From a bacterium (GTDB lineage Bacteria; Desulfobacterota; Desulfobulbia; Desulfobulbales; Desulfobulbaceae): a DNA stretch of 64,000 nucleotides. Location: positions 18,654 through 82,653 of the forward strand of contig JAUNUN010000001.1 in the NCBI GenBank assembly GCA_030538155.1, given 5' to 3'. This document shows, piece by piece, positions 48,999 through 56,757 of the stretch (positions within the stretch are counted from its first letter, which is position 1; each line of letters opens with the position of its first letter). A program made the position numbers and the translations under genes. The notes beneath the pieces are model-generated. The model was given only the letters and a program-made list of their open reading frames with translations, was not told the DNA's origin and did not search any database.

Positions 48999-50549
48999 TC
49001 AGCCTCCTGAATTCTCACCCTGTGCGGCCATGGTTCTTGCCAGTTGCAGGGCCTCGTCGCGGCTCAGGATTACACCCTCCATGCGTTCCAGTTCCACTTG
49101 GGCAAGGATGGTCTTGAAAAGCGGCCCCGGCTGCAAGCCCAGTTCTTCAATCAAGTCCCTGCCGCTCAGAAGCGGCGGGCTGGTCTGCACCGGCAGCACC
49201 CGCTCACGGCGCACCTCTTCCAAACGCAGGGCAAGCCCTGCCACCTCGTTTTCCATGTCTTCGGGCCGCTGCTCCCCCTTACCGGCCAGGGCATCCGCCT
49301 GGGCCAGCACCAGCAGGCCCATCAGCTCATCTCCCAGGGCCTGAATCAGGCGAATGCAGGCCTTGAGGCTCAGTTCTCCCTGGCGGGCCACATTCAAGAG
49401 ATGAAAAGGCCGCATGTGCTGGCTGACCAGCAAACTGACCCGTTCGCACTGTTTCGTACTCCAGCGCAGGCGCTGCGCCAGCCTTTTCACCAGTTCCACC
49501 CCGGCCCGTTCGTGCTGATAAAAGGTGATGCGGCCATCGCCGCTGCTGTCCTGGGCCCAGGTGGCGGGCTTGCCCAAATCGTGCAGAAGGGCCGCCCATT
49601 TAAGCACCAGGATATTGCCCACCTCGGCCAGATAGGCGCCCATGGCCGGGCTGCAGGCCGGAAAACCGGATTCCGGCCGGGCAATGAGCTGTTCAACCTG
49701 ATGCAGGGCCTCAAGGCTGTGGCCCAGCACATCCAGGTGATGGCTCTTGGGCTGGACAAGGCCTGCACCCGCAGCCAGTTCAGGAATCACCTGAAAAAGC
49801 AGGCCATTGGCGGCCATGGCCGAAATGGCGGCATGGGCTCCTGATGAGAGCATAATGCCGTTCAACTCGGCGGCCACCCGTTCGGCGGCTGAGCGGGCAA
49901 TCAGTTTATGCTCGCGGCGGATTGTTTCGCTGGTGGTCGCATCTACAGTGCAGCCCAGAGAGGCTGCAAGACGATAGGCCCGCAGCATGCGCAAAGGGTC
50001 GCTCTTAAAGGCACCGGCGTGGGTCATACGGATCAGACGCTCGCTGATATCAGCCAGGCCCCCGGTGGGGTCAAGACAGGCAAGGGGCTCATCACTATCC
50101 TTTCCCTCCCCCTCAAGCAGACCTTCAAGTGAAAGGGCCAGGGCATTGATGGTGAAATCCCGCAGCCGCAGATCCTCTTCAATAGTGGATGCACCTTCAC
50201 GAAAGGCGGCTATATCAATGACGATGCCCTTACACACCACCCGGGCCACATCTTCTTCCGCATCCAGACAGATAAAGGTGCCGCCGCTTGCCTCGGCAAG
50301 CCTGCGTGCGCATGCTACCCCGTGCCGCGCCACGGTCAGGTCGATATCGTGTGGCTCGCGCCCCAGCAGCAAGTCGCGCAGACTGCCACCGCTGAGGTAG
50401 AATTCCCCGCCGCAATCCTGACGCAATACCGTAAGGCCGGTCCGCAACCAAGGCGGCAGCAGGGGCTGCACCTGGCCCCGGCTCAGGGTTGGGGTGTTTT
50501 CTTGATTCTCGCGCACTGCTGTCACCGCCATCGCCGCCATCGCTACCAT
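48999..50549 (-). CDS. cca: CCA-adding enzyme / poly(A) polymerase-family tRNA nucleotidyltransferase with HD domain
   Basis: GGSLRDLLLGREPHDIDL nucleotidyltransferase head and LLHDLGKP HD motif. The ATG shares 1 nt with the upstream TAA. Confidence 0.85.
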   Translation of the reverse strand: MVAMAAMAVTAVRENQENTPTLSRGQVQPLLPPWLRTGLTVLRQDCGGEFYLSGGSLRDLLLGREPHDIDLTVARHGVACARRLAEASGGTFICLDAEEDVARVVCKGIVIDIAAFREGASTIEEDLRLRDFTINALALSLEGLLEGEGKDSDEPLACLDPTGGLADISERLIRMTHAGAFKSDPLRMLRAYRLAASLGCTVDATTSETIRREHKLIARSAAERVAAELNGIMLSSGAHAAISAMAANGLLFQVIPELAAGAGLVQPKSHHLDVLGHSLEALHQVEQLIARPESGFPACSPAMGAYLAEVGNILVLKWAALLHDLGKPATWAQDSSGDGRITFYQHERAGVELVKRLAQRLRWSTKQCERVSLLVSQHMRPFHLLNVARQGELSLKACIRLIQALGDELMGLLVLAQADALAGKGEQRPEDMENEVAGLALRLEEVRRERVLPVQTSPPLLSGRDLIEELGLQPGPLFKTILAQVELERMEGVILSRDEALQLARTMAAQGENSGG

Positions 50550-51589
50550 TACACCATGAGTTCCTTGACCTGTTCTTCCGTCAGCGGCTGAAACAGAGCC
50601 TCCCGCGCACCTTCATCCCCTTCGATGCGCACCAGGCCCTCTGCTGCCCTGCCCTCCACCTTCTTGGCGTAGCGCAAGATCAGTCCTGCCAAGGTGGCCT
50701 CAAGTGCGCCTTCGTCTGCCGGGCCATGAATGGCAGATGCGCCCCGACGCAAGAGGCCGACAGGGCCGGGTCGATCCACCATGTGCAGGAGCCGGTCTCC
50801 AGGCTTCCGCAGGGCCATGATGCGCTCGTTATCTTTGTGATCGCGGCCCAGGATGAACCACAGACCCGGCAGGGGTTCAAAGTGCCTGCCAAAAAGGAGC
50901 AGACGAAAGTCGTCCACCAGATTCTCGCCATCGGCAACGGCAAAAATCCCCGGTGAAAAATGGCGGAAACGGACCGCCAAGTTCACGTCTGCCAGCAAGC
51001 AACCACCGGCCGGGGCCGGATAATCAACGATATTGAACTGTTCCGCCAGGGCCTGCTGCTCACTGCGGCCCCGGCCGGAGATGCGACAGAGGCGCTCGCG
51101 CTCGACAAGGCCCTCCTCTTCAGCCGCGGTGGGCGGCATGAGTTGGGCGCAGAGCGGCCGCAAGAGAATGCCTTCACAGCCGGATTCCCGCTCGATGATG
51201 CGCAACGTGTCGCGACGCTGCGACATGGGCCTTTGCCCGATCACCTCGCCGGTAATGAGAAAACTGGCCCCGTACTTCGGCATAAGCGCACGTGCCTGAC
51301 GCAGCATAAAGATTTTGCAGTCGATGCAGGGGTTAAAGTGGCGGCCGAAACCGTGCTGCGGCGCTTTGAGCATGCTGATGTAGTCATGGCCGACATCAAT
51401 CACCTCAACCTCGATGCCGTATTTTTCCCGCACACTCAGAGTGTAACGCGCGAGATCGCCCACATCCGCCTCAAAAAAAGGGGTGATGAAGCGCAGGGCC
51501 ACCACCTTCACGCCCTGGGCCATTACCATCCGGCTGGCCAGGATGGAATCCAGACCGCCTGAAAAAAGGGCAAGTGCCGTGACACTCAT
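50549..51589 (-). CDS. PP-loop ATP pyrophosphatase family protein (ThiI/MnmA-like, probable tRNA thiolation enzyme)
   Basis: LFSGGLDS PP-loop at the N-terminus and Cys motifs (NPCIDCK). The exact function cannot be assigned by eye. ATGA overlap with the recN stop. Confidence 0.8.
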   Translation of the reverse strand: MSVTALALFSGGLDSILASRMVMAQGVKVVALRFITPFFEADVGDLARYTLSVREKYGIEVEVIDVGHDYISMLKAPQHGFGRHFNPCIDCKIFMLRQARALMPKYGASFLITGEVIGQRPMSQRRDTLRIIERESGCEGILLRPLCAQLMPPTAAEEEGLVERERLCRISGRGRSEQQALAEQFNIVDYPAPAGGCLLADVNLAVRFRHFSPGIFAVADGENLVDDFRLLLFGRHFEPLPGLWFILGRDHKDNERIMALRKPGDRLLHMVDRPGPVGLLRRGASAIHGPADEGALEATLAGLILRYAKKVEGRAAEGLVRIEGDEGAREALFQPLTEEQVKELMV

Positions 51590-53298
51590 GAATCAGCGCT
51601 CCGGTGTTTGCGCGCCATCAGCTCGCGCACATAGGCATGGGTTTGGGCGTTTGCCTGCTCGCCATCGAGCATGCGCGCCAGCTCGGCATGGCGGGCAGCC
51701 TCGTCAAGCAGGCTGATGCCGGTGCTGGTACGGCCCTCGTTTACCTGTTTTTCCACCTTGAAGTGGAGATCGGCCCGGGCCGCGATCTGGGGCAGATGGG
51801 TGATGCAGATCACCTGGTGGTGGCCGGCCAGCTCGCTGATTTTGGCCGCCACCGCCTCGGCTGTCTGGCCGCCGATGCCTGCATCCACCTCGTCGAAGAT
51901 GACGGTTGCCACCTCGTCCCGACGGGCAAGCAGGCACTTCATGGCAAGCATCATGCGCGACAGCTCGCCGCCGGAGACAATACGGCTCAGCGGCTTGGGC
52001 GGTTCGCCCGGATTGGCGGAGAACAGAAACTCAACCTCATCCGTGCCGCTTGGCCGCAGGTTCTCGCCTTCTTCCGCATCTTTTTTCTGCAGGCCCACTT
52101 TCTGCAGGCCAACCACAAAGGAGGCCTGGGGGAAATTGAGCGAGGCCAGCTCTGCCTCCATCTGCACCGCCATCCTTTCACCCGCCGCTGCCCTCGCCCG
52201 GCTAAGGGCCACGGCGCTCTGCTCGGCCTGGTGCAGCAACTTGGCCGCTTCCCTTTCCGCCCGGCGAATCTGCTCTTCCATGTTGTCCAAGAGTTCAAGC
52301 TCCTGGGCCGCGCTTTCTGCAAAGCTGAGTACATCCTCCAAGCTGGGCCCGTACTTACGTTGCAGTTGCTTCAAATCCGCGAGTCGGCCTGCAATCAGCT
52401 CCAAACGGCTGGTGTCGGTGGGCAGATCGGCCAGATATTTGGCTGCAAGGGCGGCTATGTCTTCCAACTCAAAGCCCGCCGCAGTGACTCGCTCGGCCAG
52501 GGGTGCAAGTTCTGCATCAAGGAGAACCGCCTGATCCAGCTTTTTCTTAATCTCCACCAAAAGGTCCTGGGCCGCGTTCAACCGGCGCTCGGCCGCACCC
52601 ACGCCCTGCAGCAGCATTTCAGAGGATTTGAGCTGGTCGCGCTCGCGGATCAGGGCCTCATCCTCCTGGGGTCGGGGCTTGATTTTCGCAATTTCCTCTA
52701 CCTGCAGGCGCAAAAACTCGTGCTGCTGCTCCTTGTCGGCCTCGCGCTCGCGCAAAGCTTTTAAGGCCTCGGCCGCCTGCCGCCAGCGCTGATAGTCGGC
52801 GCTGTAGCTCTGGCGCAGTTCCCACAGTTCGCCGTAGCTGTCGAGAAAATCCAGATGGCTGCGGGCGTTGAGCAATTGCTGCTGATCGTGCTGACTGGCA
52901 ATGTTGACCAGATGGCTGCTCAGCTCTGCCGCCAGTTTAGCGGTCACGCCCTGGTCATTGACAAAGAGGCGGGAACGGCCATCCTTGTGCAAAAGCCTGC
53001 GGATCATGCACTGACCACTGGCCTCATCCTGTAGGCCATGCTCCGCAAGCAGGTCTTGCGCTGCCTGATTCGAAGCAGCCAAAGTAAAGATGGCCTCGAT
53101 CACTGCCTGGTCGCGGTCGCTGCGCACCCAGGTGCTCGAACCGCGGCCGCCGGTGAGCAGGTTGACCGCCTGCAGGATGATGGATTTGCCCGCGCCGGTC
53201 TCGCCGGTGAGCACGGTCAGGCCGCAGTGTCGCGCGGACAGATCAAGATGCAACTCGTCGATGAGTGCAAGGCTATGGATGCGCAACTCGTGCAACAT
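51586..53298 (-). CDS. recN: DNA repair protein RecN
   Basis: Walker A LTGETGAGKSII, a long coiled coil, the SMC signature LSRIVSGGELSR and Walker B VIFDEVD. Confidence 0.95.
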   Translation of the reverse strand: MLHELRIHSLALIDELHLDLSARHCGLTVLTGETGAGKSIILQAVNLLTGGRGSSTWVRSDRDQAVIEAIFTLAASNQAAQDLLAEHGLQDEASGQCMIRRLLHKDGRSRLFVNDQGVTAKLAAELSSHLVNIASQHDQQQLLNARSHLDFLDSYGELWELRQSYSADYQRWRQAAEALKALREREADKEQQHEFLRLQVEEIAKIKPRPQEDEALIRERDQLKSSEMLLQGVGAAERRLNAAQDLLVEIKKKLDQAVLLDAELAPLAERVTAAGFELEDIAALAAKYLADLPTDTSRLELIAGRLADLKQLQRKYGPSLEDVLSFAESAAQELELLDNMEEQIRRAEREAAKLLHQAEQSAVALSRARAAAGERMAVQMEAELASLNFPQASFVVGLQKVGLQKKDAEEGENLRPSGTDEVEFLFSANPGEPPKPLSRIVSGGELSRMMLAMKCLLARRDEVATVIFDEVDAGIGGQTAEAVAAKISELAGHHQVICITHLPQIAARADLHFKVEKQVNEGRTSTGISLLDEAARHAELARMLDGEQANAQTHAYVRELMARKHRSADS

Positions 53299-53303
53299 GG
53301 CTA

Positions 53304-53426
53304 TTCCATTTCCGTATCAAAGCCCTATCTGTGTCGGCTCCGGCAAATACTCCTCGGAGTACCATATGTACACCTGTGTCGTATTTGCCTCGCCTCCTTG
53401 ATATCTTCTTTGATCTGGAAATGGAA
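53304..53426 (+). repeat. Copy A of the ~120-nt imperfect-palindrome intergenic repeat
   Basis: Nested stems: TTCCATTTCC/GGAAATGGAA (53304-13 with 53417-26), GTATCAA/TTGATAT, GGCAAATAC/GTATTTGCC (53342-50 with 53381-89), and an apical ACTCCTCGGAGT hairpin. Confidence 0.85.
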
Positions 53427-53477
53427 CACTCCCAAAGCAAAGCAAGATAGGCAAGAGATCCGCCGGACCAATTTCCC

Positions 53478-53506
53478 TTGACCCGACCCTGGGGCGTCGG
53501 TATCTT
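53478..53506 (+). promoter_or_regulatory. Candidate sigma-70 promoter of gspF
   Basis: TTGACC, a 17-nt spacer, then TATCTT, about 130 nt upstream of the gspF ATG. Pattern match only. Confidence 0.3.
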
Positions 53507-53636
53507 CCCAGCTTATGCAGCAACCCGCAGTTCCGACTGCCCACCGCGTACCCGTCCCTGTCATACCACAATTTCACCCAGATGAACACCCCTGCCCCTG
53601 GCCGGATCCACTTCACAGCGCACCAGAGCCTCTGCC

Positions 53637-54890
53637 ATGCCCGTCTATGAATATACCGCTCTCGATGCCCGAGGTAAGCAGGTACAGGGTATTGTCGATG
53701 CCGACTCACCGGGCGCCGCCCGCCAAAAAATCCGCAGCCAGGGCAAGTATCCGGTCACAATCGAGGAAACGGCGACAAGGGCACACTTCAGCATCAGAGG
53801 CCTTTCCCTGCCGTTTTCCGGTGCAAGTTGGGCAGGTTCTACGAGTTGGACCAGCTGGATCAGGGTACAAGATATCCACCTCATCACCCGCCAACTGGCC
53901 ACCCTGCTGGCAGCGGGCATTCCCCTGGCCCCGGCCCTGGGCGCTCTCATCGAGCAGGGCGAACAGCGGAGCCTGAAAACGGTTCTGGCCCAACTGCGCG
54001 CGGCCGTGCATGAAGGCCAGTCCTTCAGCAGCGCGCTCAGTGCCCATCCCCGGCTCTTTTCCCCCATCTATATCAATATGGTACGGGCCGGCGAGGCCTC
54101 CGGCACCCTGCACCTGGTCCTGGAGCAACTGGCCGAGTTCGGCGAACGTCAGCAGGCACTCCAAGCCCGCATCCGCGGCGCCATGCTCTACCCGGTCTTC
54201 ATGGCCCTGGTCGGCGTGGCGGTGCTGGCCTTCCTCATCACCTTTATCCTGCCCAGCATAACCAGTGTCTTTGCGGGCAGCGAAAAGGCCCTGCCCCTGC
54301 CCACCACTTTGCTCATGGGCCTAAGCGGCCTGCTGCGCGCCTACCGGCTGCCGCTGCTCCTGCTGATCTTTGCCCTCATTGCCGGGCTGCGCCATTTTCT
54401 GCACACGCCTCAAGGCGAAGAGCGCTGGCACAAGGTGCAGCTCTCCTTGCCTCTTTTCAAAGGGCTGATCCGCAAACAGGCTGCGGCCCGTTTCGCGCGC
54501 GGCCTGGCCGGCCTGCTTCACTCGGGCGTGCCCTTGGTGGATGCACTCGCCATTGTCGAAAACCTCGTTGGCAATGTGCACATTGCCCGCTTGGTTGCGG
54601 ATGCCCGCGTTGAGTTGGAAAAGGGTCGGAGCCTGGCTGCACATTTCCGAGGCAATCCGTATTTTCCGCCCATGCTGGTACAGATGATGGCCGTGGGCGA
54701 GCAGAGCGGCGAGCTGGATACCATGCTGGCCCGCGCCGCCGACAGCTACGAGCGGGAATTGGAAACCAAGATCATGGCCTTAACCTCCATGATCGAACCG
54801 CTCATGATTCTGCTCATGGGTGCTGCCGTGGCCTTTATCGTGGTGGCCGTGCTCTTGCCCATTTTTGAGATGAATCAGCTCATCAGGTAG
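53637..54890 (+). CDS. gspF: Type II secretion system inner-membrane platform protein GspF
   Basis: MPVYEYTALDARGKQVQG N-terminus, a duplicated T2SSF domain and three TM segments. Confidence 0.92.
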   Translation: MPVYEYTALDARGKQVQGIVDADSPGAARQKIRSQGKYPVTIEETATRAHFSIRGLSLPFSGASWAGSTSWTSWIRVQDIHLITRQLATLLAAGIPLAPALGALIEQGEQRSLKTVLAQLRAAVHEGQSFSSALSAHPRLFSPIYINMVRAGEASGTLHLVLEQLAEFGERQQALQARIRGAMLYPVFMALVGVAVLAFLITFILPSITSVFAGSEKALPLPTTLLMGLSGLLRAYRLPLLLLIFALIAGLRHFLHTPQGEERWHKVQLSLPLFKGLIRKQAAARFARGLAGLLHSGVPLVDALAIVENLVGNVHIARLVADARVELEKGRSLAAHFRGNPYFPPMLVQMMAVGEQSGELDTMLARAADSYERELETKIMALTSMIEPLMILLMGAAVAFIVVAVLLPIFEMNQLIR

Positions 54891-54891
54891 C

Positions 54892-55011
54892 TCCAATGCC
54901 ATATCAAAGCGCCCTCTGTGTCGGTTTCGGAAAATGCTCCTCGGAGTACGGTATTAGGCCTGCGTCGCATTTGCCTGGCCTCCTTGATATCATCTTTGAT
55001 CCGACATTGGA
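54892..55011 (+). repeat. Copy B of the ~120-nt imperfect-palindrome intergenic repeat
   Basis: Begins 2 nt after the gspF TAG, and its last 22 nt overlap the gspE 3' end on the other strand. Stems are TCCAATG/CATTGGA, ATATCAA/TTGATAT and GGAAAATGC/GCATTTGCC (one mismatch). Confidence 0.85.
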
Positions 55012-56756
55012 CTCACCCTGAACACTTCCTCCAGGGTGGTGATGCCGGCCAAAACCTTGGCGATGCCGTCGTCGCGCAGGCTGCGCATGCCGCCATCCGG
55101 TTCGGCCAGGGCCGCCTCCTTGATCTTCCCCGCCTCAGAGGTCGTCAAGAGCAGATTCTTGATGACCGGGCTCAGGGGCATAAGCTCAAAAATGCCGATG
55201 CGCCCCCGGTAGCCGGTTTGCCGGCAGGCGCTGCAACCACAGCCGCGGTAAAACTGCAGCTCACTGTTCGCGACAGCGGCAGGCGGCAGCCCGGCCAGTT
55301 GCAGCAGTTCAGCCGAGGGCTGGTAGGGCTCGCGGCACTGCGGGCAGATGGTGCGCACCAGGCGCTGGGCCATGATGGCATTGACCGAGGAGGCCACCAG
55401 AAAGGGCTCCACCCCCATGTCGATCAGGCGGGTGACGGCGCCGGCCGCGTCGTTGGTATGCAGGGTCGAAAAGACCAGATGCCCGGTCAGGGCCGATTGA
55501 ATGGCAATCTGCGCGGTCTCGCCGTCGCGAATCTCCCCCACCAGAATCACATCCGGGTCCTGGCGCACAATGGTGCGCAACCCGCTCGCAAAACTCAGGC
55601 CGATACGCGCATTGACCTGCATTTGACTGATGCCGTTGATCTGGTATTCAATCGGGTCTTCAATGGTGATGATGTTGATATCCGGCGTGTTGAGCACATT
55701 GAGCGCCGAATACAGGGTAGTGGTCTTGCCGCTGCCCGTGGGCCCGGTCACCAGGATGATGCCGTGGGGCGCGGCAATGAGCCTGCGAAAGAGCTGAAAA
55801 TCCGCCGCGCTCAGGCCCAGGTCGCCAAGGGGCAGGAGGGTATTGGCCTTATCGAGCAGGCGCATCACCACCCGCTCGCCAAAGGCGGTGGGCAGGGTGG
55901 AGATGCGGATATCCACATTGCGCTGGGCTATGCGGATTTCGATACGGCCATCCTGGGGCAGGCGCTTTTCGGCAATATCCATGCCCGCCATGATCTTGAT
56001 GCGGGAAACCAGCCGGGCCTGGGAGTGCCGGGGCGGGGTGTACATGTCGTAGAGGATGCCGTCCACCCGTTTGCGGATCTTGACCCGGTCACGATAGGGT
56101 TCTATGTGGATGTCGCTGGCCCCTTCGCGCACCGCCTGCGTTAAAACCAGGTTGACCAGCTTGATCACCGGCGCGTCGCTGGTGTCGTCAAGTAAATCTG
56201 CCGTCTCCTCGATGGCGGTGAGGATACTGGCCGGGTCTTCCTCGTCCATATCCTGCATGACCTGATCCGCCACCTGGGCACTGGTCTGGTCGTAGGCGGC
56301 ATTGATGGCCTTCACTATCTCCGCCTCGGGTGCCAGCACCCAGGCCACGCCTTCCCACTCGAGCAGGCGGGCAAGGTCATCGGCCTGTTGGAAAAAGGCC
56401 GGGTCGGCCAGGGCCAGCCATGAACCTTGCGGGGTGGCCACCGGTATCATCTTGAACTTTTTGAGGCCGGCGATACTCACCCTGGAGACAAAGAAGGGGC
56501 TGATGCCTTCAGGCAGGCGCTCCATAAGGGGCAGGTCGAACTGCTGTCCAAGTGCCCCGGCAAGCTCGGCCGCACTGATCGCCCCCTGCCGCAGCAAAAT
56601 CTCACCCAATCTGCCGCCCTTTTCCGCCTGCAGGGCCAGGGCCGCCTGCAGGGCGCTCTCCTCAAGGCCGCAGCTCTTTTGCAGCAACTCACCCAAAAGG
56701 GGAAAATCTACAGCGGGTGGTACGGCCGCAGATTCCTGCGCTGTTCCCGGCTGCAT
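54990..56756 (-). CDS. gspE: Type II secretion ATPase GspE
   Basis: T2SSE_N domain, Walker A VTGPTGSGKTTTL, Asp/His boxes and a tetracysteine motif (CPQC...CSAC). ATG 56756 lies 1 nt after the gspD TAA. The ORF-track extension to 56963 overlaps gspD and was rejected. Confidence 0.93.
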   Translation of the reverse strand: MQPGTAQESAAVPPAVDFPLLGELLQKSCGLEESALQAALALQAEKGGRLGEILLRQGAISAAELAGALGQQFDLPLMERLPEGISPFFVSRVSIAGLKKFKMIPVATPQGSWLALADPAFFQQADDLARLLEWEGVAWVLAPEAEIVKAINAAYDQTSAQVADQVMQDMDEEDPASILTAIEETADLLDDTSDAPVIKLVNLVLTQAVREGASDIHIEPYRDRVKIRKRVDGILYDMYTPPRHSQARLVSRIKIMAGMDIAEKRLPQDGRIEIRIAQRNVDIRISTLPTAFGERVVMRLLDKANTLLPLGDLGLSAADFQLFRRLIAAPHGIILVTGPTGSGKTTTLYSALNVLNTPDINIITIEDPIEYQINGISQMQVNARIGLSFASGLRTIVRQDPDVILVGEIRDGETAQIAIQSALTGHLVFSTLHTNDAAGAVTRLIDMGVEPFLVASSVNAIMAQRLVRTICPQCREPYQPSAELLQLAGLPPAAVANSELQFYRGCGCSACRQTGYRGRIGIFELMPLSPVIKNLLLTTSEAGKIKEAALAEPDGGMRSLRDDGIAKVLAGITTLEEVFRVSPMSDQR

Positions 56757-56757
56757 C

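Noticed and set aside
53304-53426. Reading the repeat family as a small conserved peptide gene. Reverse-strand translations are similar between copies (VLRGVFAGADTDRALIRKWNS, VLRGAFSETDTEGALIWHWSY, ALREVFSDVDTGSVLIWNRTY), and an AAGGAGG lies upstream.
   Set aside because: There is no conserved start codon at a sensible distance from the AAGGAGG. Nucleotide differences between copies are spread over all three codon positions rather than biased to the third. The same differences are explained as compensatory stem changes.
53411-53430. Sigma-54 promoter-like reading of CTGGAAATGGAACACT (and the equivalents in copies B and C).
   Set aside because: It lacks the GG-N10-GC spacing and the TTGC(A/T) -12 element. 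The segment is accounted for as the 3' arm of the outer stem.
53304-55011. Invertase-type phase-variable switch flipping gspF between repeat copies A and B.
   Set aside because: A and B are in direct, not inverted, orientation. No recombinase gene is nearby. I kept only the weaker idea of a past rearrangement.
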